Under the pieces are notes generated by a model that was not told the origin of the DNA, ran no database searches, and saw only the letters and a program-made list of their open reading frames with translations. A stretch of DNA of 64,000 bases from NCBI RefSeq assembly GCF_006345805.1, contig NC_043005.1:88722001-88786000 (forward strand), written 5' to 3'. Made by a program: the position numbers and the translations under genes. This document shows, one piece after another, positions 37,335-49,820 of the stretch. The stretch comes from Octopus sinensis. Its lineage: Eukaryota. Within the stretch, counting starts at the first letter, position 1. Each line of letters starts with the position of its first letter.

Positions 37335-38158
37335 AAATCATCATTCTCATCATTTTTTAACGTCCGCTTTCTGTGCTGGCATGGGTTAGACGGTTTGACC
37401 GAGGACTGGCAAGCCAGAAGGCTGCACCAGGCTCCAATCTGATCTGGCAATGTTTCTACAGCTGGATGCTCTCCCTAATGCCAACCACTCCGAGAGTGTA
37501 GTGGGTGTTTTACATGCCACCGGCATGAGGGCCAGTCAGGCGGTACTAGCAATGACCACACTCAAAAGGTGTTTTTTAGGTACCACTTGCATGGGAGCCA
37601 GTCTGGTGACACTGGCAATGGCCACGTTCAAATGTTGTGTTTCATGTGCCAGTAAGGCAATGCTGGTAATGATTATGTTTGAATGGTTTTATGTGCCACC
37701 GGCATGGGAGCCAGTCAGTGGCCCTAGCAATGATCACGCTTGGATGGTGCTTTTAACATTCCACTGGCACAAGTGCCAATCATTGGCCACGTCAGCAATT
37801 CTGATTTTGATGTCCCTTGCCTCAACAGGTCTTCACAAGCAAAGTTTATTGTCCAATGAATGAAGGGTACACATAAGTGGGCTGGTTATACACAACTAGC
37901 ATCGGCCACGGGTTATGGTCTCATTTGGCTTGACGGGTCTTCTAAAGCACAGCATATTTCCAAAGGTCTTGGTCACTAGTTATTGCCTCGGTGAGGCCTA
38001 ATGTTCAAAGGTCATGCTTCACAACCTCATCCCAAGTCTTCCTGGGTCTACCTCTTCCACAGGTTCCCTCAACTGCTAGGGTGTGGCACTTTTTAACACA
38101 GCTGTCCTCATCCATTCGTAACACATGACCATACCAGTGCAGTTGTCTCTCTTGCACA
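37335..38158 (-). mobile_element. RTE LINE 3' end
   Basis: The minus strand encodes LHWYGHVLRMDEDSCVKKCHTL.VEG..GRGRPRKTWDEVVK, then the same 3' UTR as 43360-43945. Confidence 0.85.
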
Positions 38159-38534
38159 GTTTTGTAATTTGTTAGTTTTCTGGGGGTTTTTTATAGCTTT
38201 TTTGTTGTTGTTGATGCTTCGTTGTTTGAAGCTAAGTCTTATCTCAACTGTGAATGGTGTCGATGCATTCTTTGACTTTGTCTCTGGGTTTTATGAAATT
38301 CACTATTTCTCACGTATAACAGACATTGTGTTGTACTTGTCTATGTAGCCTTGTGGTGTGTGTGTGTGTCTGTGTGGTGCGTATGTTTGGATGTGTCTAT
38401 AATTATTTTTGTTAAATGTATAAAATGTGTATATGGCAGTGTTTAGTGTATCAATGATTGCGGTATTTCATAGAATGTACGTACAGGAGTGATTGTAGAA
38501 TTCTGAAAATCTTGATTTTGTCTTTTGGTAGAAC

Positions 38535-39282
38535 TTATTTCAATGTAAGCATTATTAAATCTCAGAACAAGATGTAAACAGTAATCGCTCGACAATGTAA
38601 AGTATAAAAGCCATCTCAATATGGCTAACCACAAAGGGGAGGGGGTGTTACTGTAGCTTTTTAGCCCCAGGAGATCATCGTCTCCAGCTGGCTTTAGACA
38701 CACTTTCTGTGACCTTTAGGTATTTGCAAAGGGAGGCCATCCCTTTCTCAGGCTTACGAGAAAGGGATGGCCTCCCTTTGCAAATACCTAAAGGTCACAG
38801 AAAGTGTGTCTAAAGCCAGCTGGAGACGATGATCTCCTGGGGCTAAAAAGCTACAGTAACACCCCCTCCCCTTTGTGGTTAGCCATATTGAGATGGCTTT
38901 TATACTTTACATTGTCGAGCGATTACTGTTTACATCTCGTTCTGAGATTTAATAATGCTTACAGTCAGTTTTTCGAAATCAGTGGCAGACGTCACTAGAA
39001 AAACTCTTATATATTTGCAAACAGGCCTTGTCTTTCATTGTGATCTGATGATTACCGCCCGTTGATAAGAGACAATAATCTTGAAACCGGTTCGGTGCGT
39101 ATCACTCAGGCTTACGAGAAAGGGATGGCCTCCCTTTGCAAATACCTAAAGGGCACAGAAAATGTGTTTAAAGCCAGCTGGAGACGATGATCTCCTGGGG
39201 CTAAAAAGCTACAGTAACACCCCCTCCCCTTTGTGGTTAGCCATATTGAGATGGCTTTTATACTTTACATTATTTCAATGTA
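38535..39282. mobile_element. Penelope-like insertion: 206-bp palindrome, decayed hammerhead and direct repeat, flanked by a 13-bp TSD
   Basis: Arms 38544-38749/38758-38963 (1 mismatch); third copy 39105-39271; TTATTTCAATGTA at 38535-38547 and 39270-39282; HHR-like motif at 39056-39099. Confidence 0.75.
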
Positions 39283-39719
39283 CTTTCTTGAAATTCTTAA
39301 AATTCTTTTCTTCTGTGAGTATGTTGTGACTACGATTGGTTGGTGGTCTGAGGAATTAGGGAACTGATTGTAAAATGGCTGTGGTAAAAAAGTGTGTGGT
39401 GCAGAAGAGTAGATGTGTAGTTAATTTGGTCAGATATAAATGGGGTGTGTAGAGTGTTGTTTGTTATATAACATTAACAGCATTAAAATCACATTTATGG
39501 AACTAATTTTATCATTAGATGACATTCATATAGCAACACAGAACACTCAGTATTCCAGATTAGTCTCAAATCAGACCAAACTCTAGGTTCCAGGCTAGGA
39601 CACAACAACCTCCTAAGCAGACTGAGTGCAGATATGAATAGCATATGGGAACCGGTATTAAGGAAGGATAGGAAAATATAAGATTTATAAGGCCCAAAAA
39701 TTCACTCCATAATTGCCCA

Positions 39720-39910
39720 TGGGCATATGGTGTAGTGGTTAAGAGTGTGGGCTACTAACCCCAAGATTCCGAGTTCAATGATAATAATAATAATAATAAT
39801 AATAATATCAAAAAATACCTTAGGAATGAGAACCCAAAAGTGAAATATCAGCCAAAACGTGTTAACAACAAACAAGATGAGGACAAATATCCATCAAATG
39901 TAAATAATAT
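39720..39910 (+). mobile_element. tRNA(Arg)-like SINE with (AAT)n and a partly deleted hammerhead tail (family H)
   Basis: Head gggcatatggtgtagtggttaagag...aagattccgagttc; tail homologous to 44546-44750. Confidence 0.75.
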
Positions 39911-40317
39911 ACATAATTCCTCGTCTCTTAAATAAAGAACTGTATTAAATAACCTCATATACAACCTCTTCTATACACACTTCTATCCTGTACCACTCCA
40001 CTTCTATCCTTCACCCTCTCCAATTACACCCCCAACCCTATCCATCACCTTCTCTATGAACATCTTTTCCAATTTCTTGAAAGGCTAAAACTTGACCTCA
40101 CTAGCCTACACATCATCTTCAACACAGACTTAGGCCAATATACCAGGGCCACCACCCTTCCACAGCGGTGATGGTCACATAATGCATTTAATATATAATC
40201 ATCGCAAATGACATTTATAAACTCACAGTAAATGACATAACACAGGAAATGGATGATTTCAAACCAGGAAACAAAATATATCACTACGATACACACATAT
40301 TATACATATATACATAT

Positions 40318-40395
<78 letters not shown>

Positions 40396-40649
40396 AGTGT
40401 ATATACATATATATATATAATGTGTATATATATATATATATATATGTATACATATATAAATGTGTATATATATATGTATACATATATATATGTATATATA
40501 TAAATGTGTATATATATATGTATACGTATATATATGCATATATATAAATGTGTATATATATGTATATGTGTGTGTATGTATGTATGTATCTCTCTATCCA
40601 TCTATCTATCTATCTATATATATATATATATACATACATATATATACAT

Positions 40650-40719
<70 letters not shown>

Positions 40720-40879
40720 GAAGAGAGGAGAGGGTGGGGGTTGGATCACTGTCCGTTCAATCAACTAAATGAGTCAACTAAATGAGTTTTGGAAAGAAAT
40801 TAAAGCATTTTCAATTCTTTATAAATCTGAATTCTTGACATTCAACTCCAAAACAATTCTCGCCACCACTTCCACCATG

Positions 40880-40954
<75 letters not shown>

Positions 40955-41998
40955 ACTACTACTATCCCCCCCAACAGCTCCCACCATCATCTAGTGGGAG
41001 CCAAATTGCCAACCCACTCCCTTAAATGTAACATACCTGTGACTACAAACAAACACACATATATAAGATGGCCACACTCTGTGAGGTCTGCAAACACCAC
41101 ACTGCAACCACTACCGCTACCACCCTCATCTACTGCCACCCTCATCAAGAAGCTATTGGCAGTTGTTGTTGTTGCTGAACCAGCCAACATGCTTTGAAAT
41201 CCCACCAAACAACTTCAAAGTTTGAACTTGGTTGACAACTTTAGAGAAAGGTGACACAGGAAAATTGCAATTAATTCGTTTTTGTTGTTATTATTACTGT
41301 TGTTGTTGTTGTTGTTGTTGTTGCTGTTGTCTAAAATTTATGTAATCTTAGAGAAATTTTAAAATATAGAAAGGAAAAGTCTCAGGTAGAAAGAGAAGAA
41401 AATATTCCAAATATGACCTTCCCACCTCCGAACTATATAACATAAAAAAAGGTGGCAGGGACAGAAAGAAAAATACTTTTTCATCTGAGAAATTAATCAC
41501 TGAATGAATAAGTAACGAGGAACAGATAAAAGGAAAACAATAACCCTAAACAAATTTTTGTTCATTTGAGAAAAAAATGGCTGTGTGTGTGTGGGGGGGG
41601 GTGTTTGGATGGATGGATGGATGGATAGACAGATAAATAAGTAGATATATAAACAGAATGACAAATAGACAGACAGACAGACATAGATCCATATACACAT
41701 ACAAAGAGATTTAGGGATACAAACAAGAAAAATGGAAATGCAGTGGAATATATTTGCAGTCATCAGCTTTGAAATATTATGTAAGAAGATATAAATTGAA
41801 TCCTATAACATCATCATCATCTATGTTAAACATGATGATGACGATGCTGATATATATATATATATTGTTATATATATATGTGTGTATGTATATATATATA
41901 TATATATTGTTATATATTGTTATATATGTATGTATATGTATATACACATACACATATATATAACAATATATATATATATATTGTTATATATGTGTGTA

Positions 41999-42051
<53 letters not shown>

Positions 42052-42157
42052 ATATATATATTAATCAATTTAGGGTGGCAAAAAATTCAATAGAAATTAT
42101 TTTGCCACCAGTGGTCTAGTGAGAAAGAGGAAATAGTCAGAGACTATAAATAAATTC

Positions 42158-42436
42158 AACAATAATTGAGGAACGACCACAATAGGCCGTTTGACCCACT
42201 AGAAAGATCAGCCAGGGCGTGACCTTATGGAAGATTGACTTGATTGGGTTTAATTTAATTTAATCAGGCTGGTTTGCCATTAAAAAACGCCGAAACAATG
42301 CATTGTCTAAAGATACAGGGTAAATGTTTTTTAATTTTTCCTTAAATTTCGGAATTACTACTATTTGCGGTTGGAGCCCTGGCTGCTCTTTCTAGTGGGT
42401 CGAACGGCCTATTGTGGTCATTCCTCAATTATTGTT
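42158..42436. mobile_element. Element with 61-bp terminal inverted repeats next to (TA)n (MITE or Penelope-like fold-back)
   Basis: 42158-42218 versus 42376-42436, 3 mismatches. Confidence 0.75.
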
Positions 42437-42560
42437 ATATATATATATATATATATATAAGTTCAGTAAAAATTTAGATTCAGTTGAATATAGTACTTAA
42501 GTTAAAGGCACCAGAATTTAGTATGGTATTATTGATATAATTCAAAATGGGGTGATTATA

Positions 42561-42619
42561 ATCAAAATAAGCAACAAGGATATGCATTACCTCTGGATAT
42601 CCTTGTTGCTTATTTTGAT
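42561..42619. other. Perfect 23-bp hairpin with a 13-nt loop
   Basis: atcaaaataagcaacaaggatat / atatccttgttgcttattttgat; the same terminus (aagcaacaaggatatccagaggta) occurs at ~21045. Confidence 0.85.
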
Positions 42620-42799
42620 ATATATATATTATATATATATATACATACATATATATAGTACCCACTGTAAGCCATGGACACATAAGAGGTGCAGCAATAT
42701 CAAAAGAAGGTTAACCGGGATGATAGTTTTTGCAGCAGATGCATGGGGGCAATAAACATCGCAGGGGGAGAAACTAGAAGTAGTTGATAGCTTTGCTAC

Positions 42800-43945
42800 G
42801 TAGGTGATCAAGTCTGTAGTGGAGGTGGATGCTCTGAGAGTGTTGCCACTAGAATAAGAATAGCCTGGGCAAAGTTCAGAAAGCTCCTACCTCTGCTGGT
42901 GACAAAGGGCCTCTCACTCAGAGTGAAAGGTAGATTGTATGATGCATGTGTGCAAACTATGCTACACAGCAGTGAAACATGGGCCATGACTGTTGAGGAC
43001 ATATGTAGGCTTAAAAGAAATGAAGCTAGTATGGTCTGCTGGATGTGTAATGTCAGTGTGCACACACAACAGAGTGTTAGTGCTCTGAGAGAAAAGTTGG
43101 ACATAAGAAGCATCAGATGTGGTGTGCAAGTGAGACGACTGCACTGGTATGGTCATGTGCTGTGTATAGATGAGGAGAGCTGTGTGAAGAAGTGTCACAC
43201 CCTAACAGTAGAAGGAACCCATGGAAGAGTGAGACCCAGGAAGACATGGGATGAGTTGGTGAAGCACGGCCTTCAAACGTTGGGCCTCACAAAGGCAATG
43301 ACAACAGACAAAGACCTTTGGAGATATGCTATGATTGAGAAAACCTGGCAAGTAAAGTGAGATTACAGCTGTAGCCAATACCAGTGTCGTATAACCAGCC
43401 CATTTAAAAAGTACCTTTGAATCACTGGGAGATACCCTGCACTTGAGAAGACCTATCGAGTCAAGTAAAATCAAAATCAAAATCAAAATCAAATCAAGAT
43501 CGAAATCAAAATGAAAATTGTAGTTGATGCCAGTTCCACCTGACTGGCACCCATGCTGGTAGCACATAATAAGCACCATTCAAGTGTGGGTCAATACCAG
43601 TCCCACCCGACTGGCTCCCCGTGCCAGTGGCACATAAAATGCACCACCTGAATGTGGTCGATGCCAGTCCCCACTATCTGACTAGCTCCTGTGCCAGTGA
43701 CATGTCAAAAGCACCATCAGAACATGGTCGATGCCTGCCTGGCTCCTGTGCCGGTGGCATGTAAAAAGCACCCACTACACTCACGGAGTGGTTAGCGTTA
43801 GGAAGGGCATCCAGCTGTAGAAACACTGCCAGATCAGATTGGAGCCTGGTGCAGCCTCCTGGCTTACCAGTCCCCAGTCAAACTGTCAAACCAATGCCAG
43901 CTTGGAAAACAGACGTTAAACAACAACGATGATGATGATGATGGC
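42800..43945 (+). mobile_element. 5'-truncated RTE LINE (RT C-terminus plus 3' UTR)
   Basis: ORF 42899-43360 (KGRLYDACV...LHSSETW...LHWYGHV...RPRKTW); 3' UTR with an (AAATCA)n run, ~63-nt tandem hairpin units and a (GAT)n tail. Confidence 0.9.
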
Positions 43946-44292
43946 ATATATATGTGCAATACCATGCAAAAGTCTTTGGCCACTTTAAACTATTGTAAAT
44001 TTCTACTAATTGCCAACTTACAAGTGGATGTTTCACATTGCGTCTTTCACAGATGAAACATTGGCCCTGTTGGAATAATTTCCATACCTAATCATTATAT
44101 TTTGTAGCAGGGGTTGTGAATGAGGGGGAAGATGCAAGATGACCACCAAAGATAGCCCTGCAAAAGTTTTCAGCCACTTCACATAAACCAATCAAGATAC
44201 AGTGTTTTCAAACAGAAAAATGTCTGTAATGGAAATTTATTACATAATGTTCATTTCAAGAAGTTACAGTACGTTGTTAATACTTTGCATGG

Positions 44293-44447
44293 CTTTATTT
44301 ACATTAATTACAATTGACAGATATTTGTCCTCATCTTGTTACCACAACATTTTGGCTGATATACTCTCCAAACTTCATCAGGTGTCTTGGGGAAATTTCG
44401 AACCTGGATTCTCATTCCTGAGGTATTTTTCGATATTGTTGTTGTTG

Positions 44448-44495
<48 letters not shown>

Positions 44496-44750
44496 TCACT
44501 GCTTGGAATCGAACTTGGAATCTTGGGGTTAGTAGCCTGTGCTCTTAACCCCAAGATTCTGAGTTCAATTCCAGGCAATGACCTGAATAATAATAATAAC
44601 ATTGAAAAATACCTTAGGAATGAGTACCCAGGTTCAAAATTTCCCCCAAGACACCTGATGAAGGCTGGAGGGTATATCAGCCAAAATGTTGCGTTAACAA
44701 CAAACAAGATGAGGAAAATATCTGACAAATGTAAATAATGTAAATAAAGT
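44293..44750. mobile_element. Head-to-head palindrome of two family H SINE/hammerhead copies
   Basis: Minus copy 44549-44293 and plus copy 44546-44750, overlapping at taac. Confidence 0.85.
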
Positions 44751-44832
44751 ACAAATTTATTATTCTTAAACAAGAATACAGTAACTTTGAAGTCACTGTC
44801 AATAATGTTCTTGTTTAAGAATATATACATAC

Positions 44833-44885
<53 letters not shown>

Positions 44886-47800
44886 ATTTTTATGGTGTTG
44901 GATAACTTTACAGCTAAGCAACAACCATGACACAACCACTGCTACTACCACTATCACAAATTCCAACACAAACACTACGCTGAGATATCAAGGTCACAAC
45001 CAATGTCCAGCAATGGTACGTGGGAAGGGTGGGAAGAGGGGTCATTGTTGTTATTTAACTTCAGATCAGTCTAGCGTGTTGTTGTTGTTGTTCTAAGACA
45101 ACAGGATGTGACTTGAGGAAGATGTTAAGAAGTTGTGTCGGTTTAGACCAATTATGGGTGTTTCCTTGTTTTTTTTTTTGTTTTAGCTAAAATATTATTC
45201 TGATTGTCATTTTTAGCAGGATATGTGTTCTCAAGTGTTATGGCTTTTAACGAGCTTTTAGCAATCTTAACTATGGAACAAAATTGAAGATATACTGTAT
45301 TTAATGGCATATAAGATGCACATTTTTTATCCAAAAAAATGTCTCAAAAAATTCACCCTGAGTCTGATATACACTTTAAATATTACCTGCTTTAATGCAC
45401 TAAAATTTTGTTCCTGAATGATCCTGTTGGTGTCATATAAAAAGCACTGGTGATGGTGTCACATAAAAAGCTCCTATGCTGGTGCCGCATAAAAGACACC
45501 CAGTACACTCTGTAAAGTGGTTGGTATTAAGAAAAACATCCAGCTGTAGAAACCATATCAAAACAGACAATTGGAGCCTGGTGCAGCTCTCCAGCCTTGC
45601 CAGTTCCTGTCAAACCATCCAACTCATGCCAACATGGAAAAGAGATATTAAATGATGATGATTAGGGTCTACTGAAACTGGAGTGCATTTAATATGCCTG
45701 TATGTCTTTTATACCATCAAATACATCATCATCATCATCATCATCGTTTAACGTCCGCTTTCCATGCGGGCATGGGTTGGACAGTTTTGATTGAGGACTG
45801 GCAAACCAGGAGGCCACACCAGGCTCCAATTTGATCTGGCAAGGTTTTTACAGCTGGATGCACTTCCTAATGCCAACCACTCTGAGACTGTAGTGGGTGC
45901 TCTTTACGTGTCACTGGCACAGGAATACAGTAACTGAAATTGTTAACTTGATTTCAAACATAGACACGAGGAGAAAATACGATCACCTGTTAATGTTGAC
46001 TTTGGCAGTGTTTGAACTCACAACCTAAAGGGGCATAAGGCAATACTTCAAGAGATTCTGTCCACCTCACTACCAGTTGTTTTCCTGACAGCAGGTTCTT
46101 GTCTCTTGATGTTTCTGTCTCTTCATTACAAGGACATACTCATACACGTACCCACCCATTTCTACCTGCATACAGGTGGGTCTTTTTCTGTCAGAGGTAA
46201 CCTTCAAGTACACATACCTGTGTAAATATCTCTTCCTGAACACACAAACTATGCATTACATACTACTCACTCTCTCCCTCCCTCCCTACCGCTTTCTCTC
46301 TTTCATAGACTAACACACACACACACACACACACGCACATTATGTATGTACATATATTTTTATCTTTTACTTGTTTTAGGCATTGGAATGTGGCTATGCT
46401 GGGGCACCACCTCGAAGAATTTTTAGAATGAATCAACCCCAGTATTTATCATTTTTTAAGCCTGGTACTTACTCTATTGGTCTCTTTTGCTGAACCACTA
46501 AGTTACAGGGATGCAAACACATCAACATCAGTTGTCAAGCAGTGGTGGTGGTGGGGGGGGGACAAACAGACAGACACATCCCCCTCGATTGTGGAGGTTC
46601 TTCAGTCTTGTGAGTTGAACAGTGACCTCACATGGAAAAAGCACTCGGCACATTTTGTAAAATCGTTGGTTGTTAGGAAGGTCATCCAAACATGACCTTT
46701 CCAGAAGAAACCATACCAAAACTGAGGCATTGAAGCAAGACAGTCTCTGACTTGTTGGACCATCTAACCCATGCCGGAATGGAATGTAGAAGTAAAGTTA
46801 TGAAGAAGATGATGATGATGATGATGACAAGGAAGGAAGGAGGGAAGGAGGAGGGGGAAGGGAGGGGGGGATCTCGATTTTGTCAAATCTTGTGTGAATT
46901 TCATTATGATCTTTTGGGCAATTTCTCACTATTTTTTCCCTCCTCTTCCCTAATTCTCAACAAACTAATTGTTTGTTTGAGTTCAGTTTTACCATTGATT
47001 ACTAATTAACATGTGGGGAGTCACTTGGAATTTAAAATAAAATGAAATAAAAAAAAAAATCAATGTCTACCAATTTATGACCAGTGCTCAAGAAACAAGT
47101 TCAAATGATAAGATTTCAACAACAATAACTATGAAAGGACATCAAAGATATAATTGAAACACGGTGAAGTGTTTTAAACTTTAAACAGCCACAACGATGG
47201 AAGGAAATCAGAGAGATAATTGCAATCTTTAACACAATGAAATGACATAATGAAGATTTTTAAAAATCTATGCATCAAAATAGAAAAAAGACCATTTATA
47301 AAGTATGGAATGTCCCAGACTCTACTAATTATTATTAACATTATGATTGTTATTATAATTATTGAGTGAAAGAGCAGCTTATGCCATCAAAGTGACACTG
47401 AGATAAAATATACAAAGCCCAGTATACCCATCATGACTATCCTTCTGATAAGGGTACACCAGGCACATGCATCATACCATATGCATGCGACATGGTGATC
47501 AAATATCAAAATAAAGGGTAAGAAGGGTAAAGACCCCGCTTTGGTCATGAATGACCATGGTATTGCATCTAATAAGTTCCCCTCTAAGGCACAAGTCCAG
47601 GCAAGACTGCTTTTATGGAAAACCAGTGGTCGCCCATGCATATCAGCCTCCCCTTATCCGAAGGAAGAGGTAAAGGCTGTTACAGTTTGGCACCAGTGAT
47701 GTCACAACTCATTTCTACAGCTGAGTGAACTGGAGCAACATGAAACAAAGTGTCTTGCCGAAGAACACAACATGCAGTCCGGTCCAGGAATTGAACTCAC

Positions 47801-48095
47801 TACCTCGTGATTGTGAGCCCAATGCTCTAACCACTGAGCCATGCACGTTCACATATCAAGATGAACAGCACTATTATTATGGAAGGTGGTGAACAGGCAG
47901 AATCGTTACCATGCTGGGAAAATTGCTTAGCAGCTTTTCTTCTGGCTTTACATTCACAGATCAAATACTGCTGGGGTTGACTTTGCCTTTCATCCCTTCA
48001 GGGGTCAATAAAATAACAGTTGTGCAAGCAATGGGGTTGATGAAATTGACTTACCCTCTTCCCCATAACTGTTGGCCATGTGCCAAAATTTGAAA

Positions 48096-48127
<32 letters not shown>

Positions 48128-48571
48128 GTTATTATTATTATTATTATTAAAGACAGAATTGCTGGCAGAATTGTTACCATGCCAGACAAAATGCTTAATT
48201 GAATTTCTTCCAGCTCTTTACACTTAGAGTTCAAATCCTATTGAGGTTTGACTTTGCTTTCATCCTTCTCGAGTCAAGTACGGTGGTGGGGGCATGCAAT
48301 CAACTATTATCCCCACCCCTATCAAAACTATTGGCATCGTCTTTAAATTGCTCCTAAATTAGAAAAAAATATTATTATTTTCTTTTACTTGTTTCAATCA
48401 TTGGAGTGCAGCCCACACTGGAGCACCACCTTGAAGGATTTCGTCCAGTTGTCCTCAACAGGAGTCCATATCAGATTTTGCAGTTAAAGTTTATGTGTAA
48501 AATTGTTTTTTATACTTCTATAATACACAAAATATTTAAAGAATTTTTTTAATATAATTCCTAATAATATT

Positions 48572-48688
48572 AAAAACTGTTAGATTCACTTCAACATTTA
48601 CTTTTAATTTGCCAAAATATTTTCGTCACTTTGAGACCGTAACCTGATCAAATTAAATTTAAATGTTGAAGTGAATCTAACGGTTTTT
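48572..48688. other. 29-bp inverted repeat (extends to ~40 bp with gaps) inside an AT-rich repeat remnant
   Basis: aaaaactgttagattcacttcaacattta versus taaatgttgaagtgaatctaacggttttt, 1 mismatch. Confidence 0.8.
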
Positions 48689-49820
48689 GTGTGTTTTTAA
48701 ATGGCTTATAAACACCTCACACACTGCAATTGCTTTCATTCCAGCATACGATCTCAGATCAGGTCACTTGCTATGCAAGTACATCTTTGTAATTCCTAAT
48801 AATATAATGGGATATTTTAAACATCAAGCAGCGATGAGGGTCCAGTAGAGTAAAGTAGGGTTCAAAGGGGTCCATAGGCAAAAAAAGGGTTGAGTGCCAC
48901 TGATTTAGTCAAACAGATGCCCCCCCCCCCAATTTTTAAAACCTGGTACTTATTTTATCAGCCTCGTTTGCCAAATCATTAATATATTTAATAAAGAGAT
49001 GGTTATTATTAATTAAAGAACACTCATTACTACTATTTAATTTTGTTTCTGCTTTTTGTTATTTCTTAAAGGGACTTTTTTACCTTTAGCAAAATGATAA
49101 AAGAAGAAAAACCTTATTTTACCTTCAAGTTCTTCACTTTCAGCCATTGGGACAGATTTTGGTAGAACTCTTCTTGTAATGGTGTGTGTCTGGTTGTTTA
49201 TTCAGTTTAATGTGAGAGCTAAGTCGTACTAATCAACATGGCAGCCAAGTAAAAAAAACTATGAGAGCAGAGGAGGTCTGAAACGAATAGAAATGATAAT
49301 TATTTTAATATATGTGGTTATATATGTGTGCGACACCAAAATAGCACCCACCAAACACACACAAAGAGATGAATAATAATTTAGAATTCATAGTTAATAA
49401 TAATCAACATACTGTATCATATTACAATGACGTTTGTATTATATTAGCACCAGGTGTGTCTGTTGTGACAGCAGGGGAATTAGCAAATTAGCAAGAGTAT
49501 ATTGATTCCGTCTCATCCTTCTACCGTTCCTTTCACTGCACCCCACCACCATCATCATCATTGTTTCAACATCCACTTTTCCATGCTTGTATGGGTCAGA
49601 CGGAATTTGTTGAGGCAGATTTCCTTCCGATGGTTGCCTTTCTTGCCATTAACTCTCACCTCTTTCCAAGCAAGGTAATATTTCCCCCATGGCCAGACAT
49701 GCTTGCACAGAAACAAGGGACACAACTTGTACAAATTGATGCCAAGTCAAGGAGACATAGACATTCACACATACATCCATGCATACACAATCACACACAC
49801 AGACAAACACATATACATCA

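Noticed and set aside
38443-38998. Two ORFs with an identical 53-aa N-terminus on opposite strands
   Set aside because: A consequence of the palindrome; no protein family features.
39720-39790. tRNA gene (also the heads at 8321, 14870-14937 and 15770)
   Set aside because: A- and B-box-like motifs are present, but there is no acceptor stem or complete cloverleaf, and each continues into a SINE body.
48610-48655. gtctc-aaa-gtgac-GAAAATATT on the minus strand, as a hammerhead
   Set aside because: The CUGANGA core is absent at the required position.
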